From Myxococcota bacterium (GTDB lineage Bacteria > Myxococcota_A > UBA9160 > UBA4427), in contig OZ252299.1 of the NCBI GenBank assembly GCA_965250285.1, positions 2,688,001 to 2,752,000 of the forward strand: 64,000 bases of DNA, read 5' to 3'. The notes beneath the pieces are model-generated. The model had not been told where the DNA came from and ran no database searches. It saw only the letters and a program-made list of their open reading frames with translations. The stretch's first letter is position 1, and every line of letters starts with the position of its first letter. Below, piece by piece: positions 60,171-64,000 of the stretch. A program made the translations under genes and the position numbers.

Positions 60171-60308
60171 GGGGGGACTGGAGACTCCGTCTCCAGCAGA
60201 GAGGTTGGGGTGTCCTCGGGACGCCTGGTGTGGTCTCGGGGTGGTTACTGGGGGGTACGCCCCGGGATCCTGAGTTCCGAGGCACCCCATCCTCTCCCTG
60301 TCTTCCCC
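60171..60308 (+). ncRNA. Putative structured cis-RNA between mraZ and rsmH
   Basis: Hairpin CTGGAGAC/GTCTCCAG (60178-60196); ~21-bp stem between 60199-60221 and 60275-60296; possible outer pairing GGGGGGAC/GTCTTCCC. Confidence 0.4.
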
Positions 60309-60368
60309 TCCCGCAACGACCCCGCCCCCGGCCCCGTCTCGACGGGCACTCGGGAGGCGCCCGGCACC

Positions 60369-61331
60369 GTGACCGGCCCGTTCGCACATACATCCGTCCT
60401 GCTCGACGAGAGCCTGCACTATCTGGCGCTTGCGCCGGGGATGCGCGTCGTCGACGGCACGCTCGGCGGCGGCGGCCACAGTGAAGCCATCCTCGAGCAA
60501 ACGGCCCCCGACGGCCAGGTGATCGGGCTCGACGTCGACGACGATGCACTCGCGGCCGCGAGCGCCCGCCTGGCGCCCGCCGGCCCGCGCTTCGAGGCCG
60601 TGAAGTCTTCGTTCCGCCGGCTGGACGACGTCGTGCGTCGCCTGGGCCTCGACTCGGTCGACGCCGTCCTGCTCGATCTCGGCGTCTCTTCTCACCAGCT
60701 CGACGTCGCCGCCCGCGGCTTCCGCTTCGCGCGCAGCTCGGCCGACGCGACGCCGCTCGACATGCGAATGGATCCGGCGTCCGACGCCGAAACGGCGGCC
60801 GAGCTGCTGCAGCGGGCCAGCGCCGACGAGCTGCACAAGCTCTTCGAGCGCTACGGCGAGCTGCCCGGCTCGAAGCGCCTCGCGAGGGCGATCGTCGAGC
60901 ACCGACGTGCATCGCGACTCGAGACGAGCGCCGATCTGCTGCAGGTGATCGAAGCGACGCGCATCGGCGGCGGCCGCAAGCACGATCCGGCCACGCTGGT
61001 CTTCCAGGCGCTGCGCATCGCCGTGAACGACGAGCTCGTCGCCCTCGAAGAAGGCATCGATGCCGCGCTCGCCGTGCTTCGGCCGGGCGGACGCCTCGTG
61101 ATCCTCTCCTATCACTCGCTCGAGGATCGCATCGTCAAGCAGCGCTTCCGCGCCGAAGCGAAGGGCTGCATCTGCCCGCCGCGCCAGCCGGTCTGCACCT
61201 GCGGTCGCACACCGCGTGTGCGCGTCGTCACGCGAAAGCCCGTCGCCGCCAGCGAAGATGAGACCCGACGCAATCCGCGCGCGCGCTCGGTGCGGCTGCG
61301 GGCGGCCGAGCGGATCGAGGAGGCGGCTTGA
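60369..61331 (+). CDS. rsmH: 16S rRNA m4C1402 methyltransferase RsmH
   Basis: HTSVLL, DGTLGGGGHS, DLGVSSHQLD, PLDMRM, FQALRIAVNDEL, SYHSLEDR, NPRARS. Confidence 0.97.
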   Translation: MTGPFAHTSVLLDESLHYLALAPGMRVVDGTLGGGGHSEAILEQTAPDGQVIGLDVDDDALAAASARLAPAGPRFEAVKSSFRRLDDVVRRLGLDSVDAVLLDLGVSSHQLDVAARGFRFARSSADATPLDMRMDPASDAETAAELLQRASADELHKLFERYGELPGSKRLARAIVEHRRASRLETSADLLQVIEATRIGGGRKHDPATLVFQALRIAVNDELVALEEGIDAALAVLRPGGRLVILSYHSLEDRIVKQRFRAEAKGCICPPRQPVCTCGRTPRVRVVTRKPVAASEDETRRNPRARSVRLRAAERIEEAA

Positions 61332-61762
61332 TGCGGATCTTCGGCGGGCGCGCGCAGCAGTCAGAGTCGGCGGCCGATCGCGCGGCGCGGCTCGGTCTGA
61401 TCGGGCTCGACGTCTCGGGCCGTCGCGGTCGCGGCCGGGCCCTCATCGGCTTGCCCGTGATCGTCGCCGGCCTGGTGCTCGCGCTCGGCATCGCCGCCCT
61501 GCGCGTCGACCTGATTCGCATGCGATACGCGCTCGCCGACGGCCTCGCCACCGAGCAGACCCTGCTCGATGAGCAGCGTCGGCTCACGGCCGAGATGCGG
61601 GGTCTGCGCGATCCGAGCGATCTGGCGCGCCGGGCGCACGAGCTGGGCTTCGGTCACCCCGAGCGGGTCATCGACCTGACGATCGACGCCACCGCGCCGC
61701 CGCTGCCCGCCGTTGGTGCGGGCCCCGGCGCCGCCCTCGCCCTCGGAGCGACGCGACCATGA
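61331..61762 (+). CDS. ftsL: Cell division protein FtsL-like
   Basis: Position between rsmH and ftsI; single TM plus coiled coil ending LRDPSDLARRAHELGF. Confidence 0.75.
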   Translation: MRIFGGRAQQSESAADRAARLGLIGLDVSGRRGRGRALIGLPVIVAGLVLALGIAALRVDLIRMRYALADGLATEQTLLDEQRRLTAEMRGLRDPSDLARRAHELGFGHPERVIDLTIDATAPPLPAVGAGPGAALALGATRP

Positions 61763-63966
61763 GATCGCAGGCGCTGCGTTCGGCCGTCGTCCGGGTGGGC
61801 GTGCTGCGTCTTCTCATCTTCGCTTCGTTCTTCGTGCTCGCGGGCCGCGCCGCCTGGCTCACCGTCGGCATGGCCGACGCAGCCATCGACCACGGCAACA
61901 ACCAGACGCAGACGCGTGTGGGCGTCGCGCCCTCTCGCGGCCTGATCCTCGACCGCGACGGACACGAGCTCGCAATCACCGTCGACACCCCGTCGGTCTA
62001 CGTCTATCCCGAGCAGCTCGCCGACCCTGAGCGGGATCTGCGCCGCCTGGCGCGGGTCCTCGACCTCGACCTGAACGCGCTGCGGCGTCGCATGATCGGC
62101 CGCGAGGGCTTCCGCTACGTGGCGCGCTGGGTCGGGCACGAAGTCGCCGAGCGCGTCGAAGCGCTCGCGATCGCCGGCGTCGGCATCCAGCAGGAGCACC
62201 GCCGCACCTATCCCTCGGGCGCCCTCGCCTCGACGGTCGTCGGCTTCTCCAACATCGACGGCGACGGCGTGCGCGGCGTCGAGCAGATGATGGACGAGTG
62301 GCTCAAGGGCGACGCGCGCAGCGTTTCGGTCGAGCGCGATGCGCGTGGCCAGCTGCTCGCCAACCACGACGTCGACCCGAGCCTCTCGGCCGGGGGAGAC
62401 GTGCGGCTCTCGATCGACGCGGGCCTGCAGGCGCTCGCCGAGAACGCGCTCGCGTCGGCGATCGAAGAGACCAAGGCCGAGGGCGGCATCGTGGTCGTGC
62501 TCGACCCCGCGACCGGCGACGTGCTGAGCCTCGCAGAGAGCCCGAGCTTCGATCCGAACCACTTCCGCGACGTCGACTACGCCTCGACGCGCAGCCGTGC
62601 GTTCAGCGACGCGCTCGAGCCGGGATCGACGTTCAAGGCCCTGCTGGTCGCGGCGGCCCTCGACGCCGGCGCGATCCGCCCCGATCAGGCCTTCGATACC
62701 GGCGAAGGCGAGCTGCGCGTCCCGGGCAAGACGATTCGCGACCACGACCCCTACGGCGTGCTCGATCCCAAAGGCATTCTCACGCACTCGAGCAACATCG
62801 GTGCGGTGATGATCGGCGACGCGCTCGGCCCGGCCCGCTACCACGCGGCGCTGCGTGCCTTCGGCTTCGGCGCCCGCTCGGGCAGCGGCTTCCCCGACGA
62901 GAGCGCGGGCATCCTCCGAAGCTGGGAGACGTGGAAGCCCGTCGACGCCGCAACCCACTCGTACGGTCAGGGCGTCGCCGTGACGGCGGTGCAGCTCGCC
63001 AGCGCCATGGCGACGCTCGCGAACGACGGCCGGCGCATGAAGCCGCGGCTCGTCGTCGCACAGCGTCCGACGCGGGGCACCTGGGACGTGCACGAGCCGG
63101 TGTCCCTCGGTCAGGTCGTGTCGCCCGAGAGCGCCCGGCTGACCCTCGACCTGATGAAGGGCGTCGTGTCGCCCGACGGCACCGGCCGACTGGCCGGCCT
63201 CTACGGCATCGAGGTCGCAGGCAAGACGGGTACGGCGCAGAAGATCGACCCCGAGACGAAGCGCTACAGCCAGCGGGACTACATCGCCTGGTTCATGGCG
63301 GCGGTGCCGGCCGACGACCCCGAGCTCGCCATCGTCGTCGCCATCGACGAGCCGAAGGGGCCCGCGCACAGCGGCGGTCTCGTCGCTGCGCCGATCTTCG
63401 CCCGCGTCGCCACCGACCACCTCGCCGACCTCGGCATCCGCACTCGACCCGCGCCGATCGCTGCGCCGAAGAAGCCGGTGCAGCTCGCCGAGGCGCGCGC
63501 ACCCGAGCCGACCGAATCGCGCGAACGCAGCCGCGCTCGACGCCGGGCCGGTGCCCGAGCGGCCGCCGCTCCGCAGCCCGAGCCCGCGGCCACGCGCGAG
63601 CAGCTGCTGCGCGCCCAGCTCGCAGCGCACGCCACACGGGCGCCCAAGCCCACGCCGCAGGTATCCGCGGCTCCGCCGCCGGCCGCGTCGGGCACGCAGC
63701 GGGCGCAGGCGGCGTCGTTCTCACGACCGGCGGCCCGTGGTGGCGCCGACGCGCGACGGGCCGTGATGGTCCCCGACTTCACCGGCAGCGGCGCCACGCG
63801 CGCATCCGCCCTGGCGGCGCGCGAAGATCTCGACGTGCACGTCGTCGGCCAGTCGAACGGTCGCGTGATCGCGCAGGAGCCGCGACCGGGCACCATCATC
63901 GCCGGCACACAGCGCACCGTGCTGCTCACCTTTGCTGCCGCGACCTCGGGAGGCCACGGCCGATGA
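61759..63966 (+). CDS. ftsI: Peptidoglycan transpeptidase FtsI (PBP3) with C-terminal PASTA-like domain
   Basis: RGLILDRDG, EPGSTFK, SSN, KTGTAQ; C-terminal VMVPDFTG...VIAQEPRPG. Confidence 0.95.
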   Translation: MRSQALRSAVVRVGVLRLLIFASFFVLAGRAAWLTVGMADAAIDHGNNQTQTRVGVAPSRGLILDRDGHELAITVDTPSVYVYPEQLADPERDLRRLARVLDLDLNALRRRMIGREGFRYVARWVGHEVAERVEALAIAGVGIQQEHRRTYPSGALASTVVGFSNIDGDGVRGVEQMMDEWLKGDARSVSVERDARGQLLANHDVDPSLSAGGDVRLSIDAGLQALAENALASAIEETKAEGGIVVVLDPATGDVLSLAESPSFDPNHFRDVDYASTRSRAFSDALEPGSTFKALLVAAALDAGAIRPDQAFDTGEGELRVPGKTIRDHDPYGVLDPKGILTHSSNIGAVMIGDALGPARYHAALRAFGFGARSGSGFPDESAGILRSWETWKPVDAATHSYGQGVAVTAVQLASAMATLANDGRRMKPRLVVAQRPTRGTWDVHEPVSLGQVVSPESARLTLDLMKGVVSPDGTGRLAGLYGIEVAGKTGTAQKIDPETKRYSQRDYIAWFMAAVPADDPELAIVVAIDEPKGPAHSGGLVAAPIFARVATDHLADLGIRTRPAPIAAPKKPVQLAEARAPEPTESRERSRARRRAGARAAAAPQPEPAATREQLLRAQLAAHATRAPKPTPQVSAAPPPAASGTQRAQAASFSRPAARGGADARRAVMVPDFTGSGATRASALAAREDLDVHVVGQSNGRVIAQEPRPGTIIAGTQRTVLLTFAAATSGGHGR

Positions 63967-64000
63967 GACTCTCCGCACTGCTCTCCGCCCTGCCCCGCGA
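63963..64000 (+). CDS. murE: Start of probable UDP-MurNAc-tripeptide synthetase (partial)
   Basis: ATGA overlap with ftsI, GGAGG SD, MRLSALLSALPR; identity inferred only from dcw gene order. Confidence 0.55.
   Translation, partial: MRLSALLSALPR

Overview
A very GC-rich (about 70% by eye), densely coding bacterial chromosomal segment. I found no rRNA, tRNA, CRISPR array, transposase or phage genes. PEP-CTERM proteins, an MltD-type enzyme, a Cys-type CcmE and sigma-54 promoters suggest a diderm deltaproteobacterial/Myxococcota-like organism (inference). In order, the window holds: an F420 operon (cofD-cofC-cofE); two paralogous PEP-CTERM proteins; GTP-PEPCK; a serine hydrolase; engB; an aminotransferase; a variant cytochrome c maturation operon (ccmE-F-X-A-B-C-D); a sigma-54-driven Zn-finger protein of unknown function; hisI-hisG-NUDIX; plsB; an SDR; a GNAT and a biotin carrier; ffh; a LysM lytic transglycosylase; a ~119-bp hairpin repeat; a phosphatase; a lipoprotein; sppA-trmB-rlmN; an AAA/vWA pair; a 2-phosphoglycerate-kinase-like gene; an unusual cluster (MerR, ParA fused to a glycogen-binding domain, degenerate MinD-like, degenerate NucS-like, ECF sigma); a hydrolase; DsbA; PMM/PGM; tatA; a zinc-ribbon membrane protein; an ArsA/GET3 pair with PhaR and degenerate acyltransferase/SDR genes; an HDAC-family deacetylase; and the start of the dcw cluster (mraZ-rsmH-ftsL-ftsI-murE). 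The best candidate for an undescribed system is the ParA-CBM48 cluster at about 39.8-45.9 kb (hypothesis: glycogen-granule positioning). Next are the ArsA/PhaR storage-lipid module and a NUDIX that may replace HisE. All family calls come from recognising motifs by eye; no database search was run.
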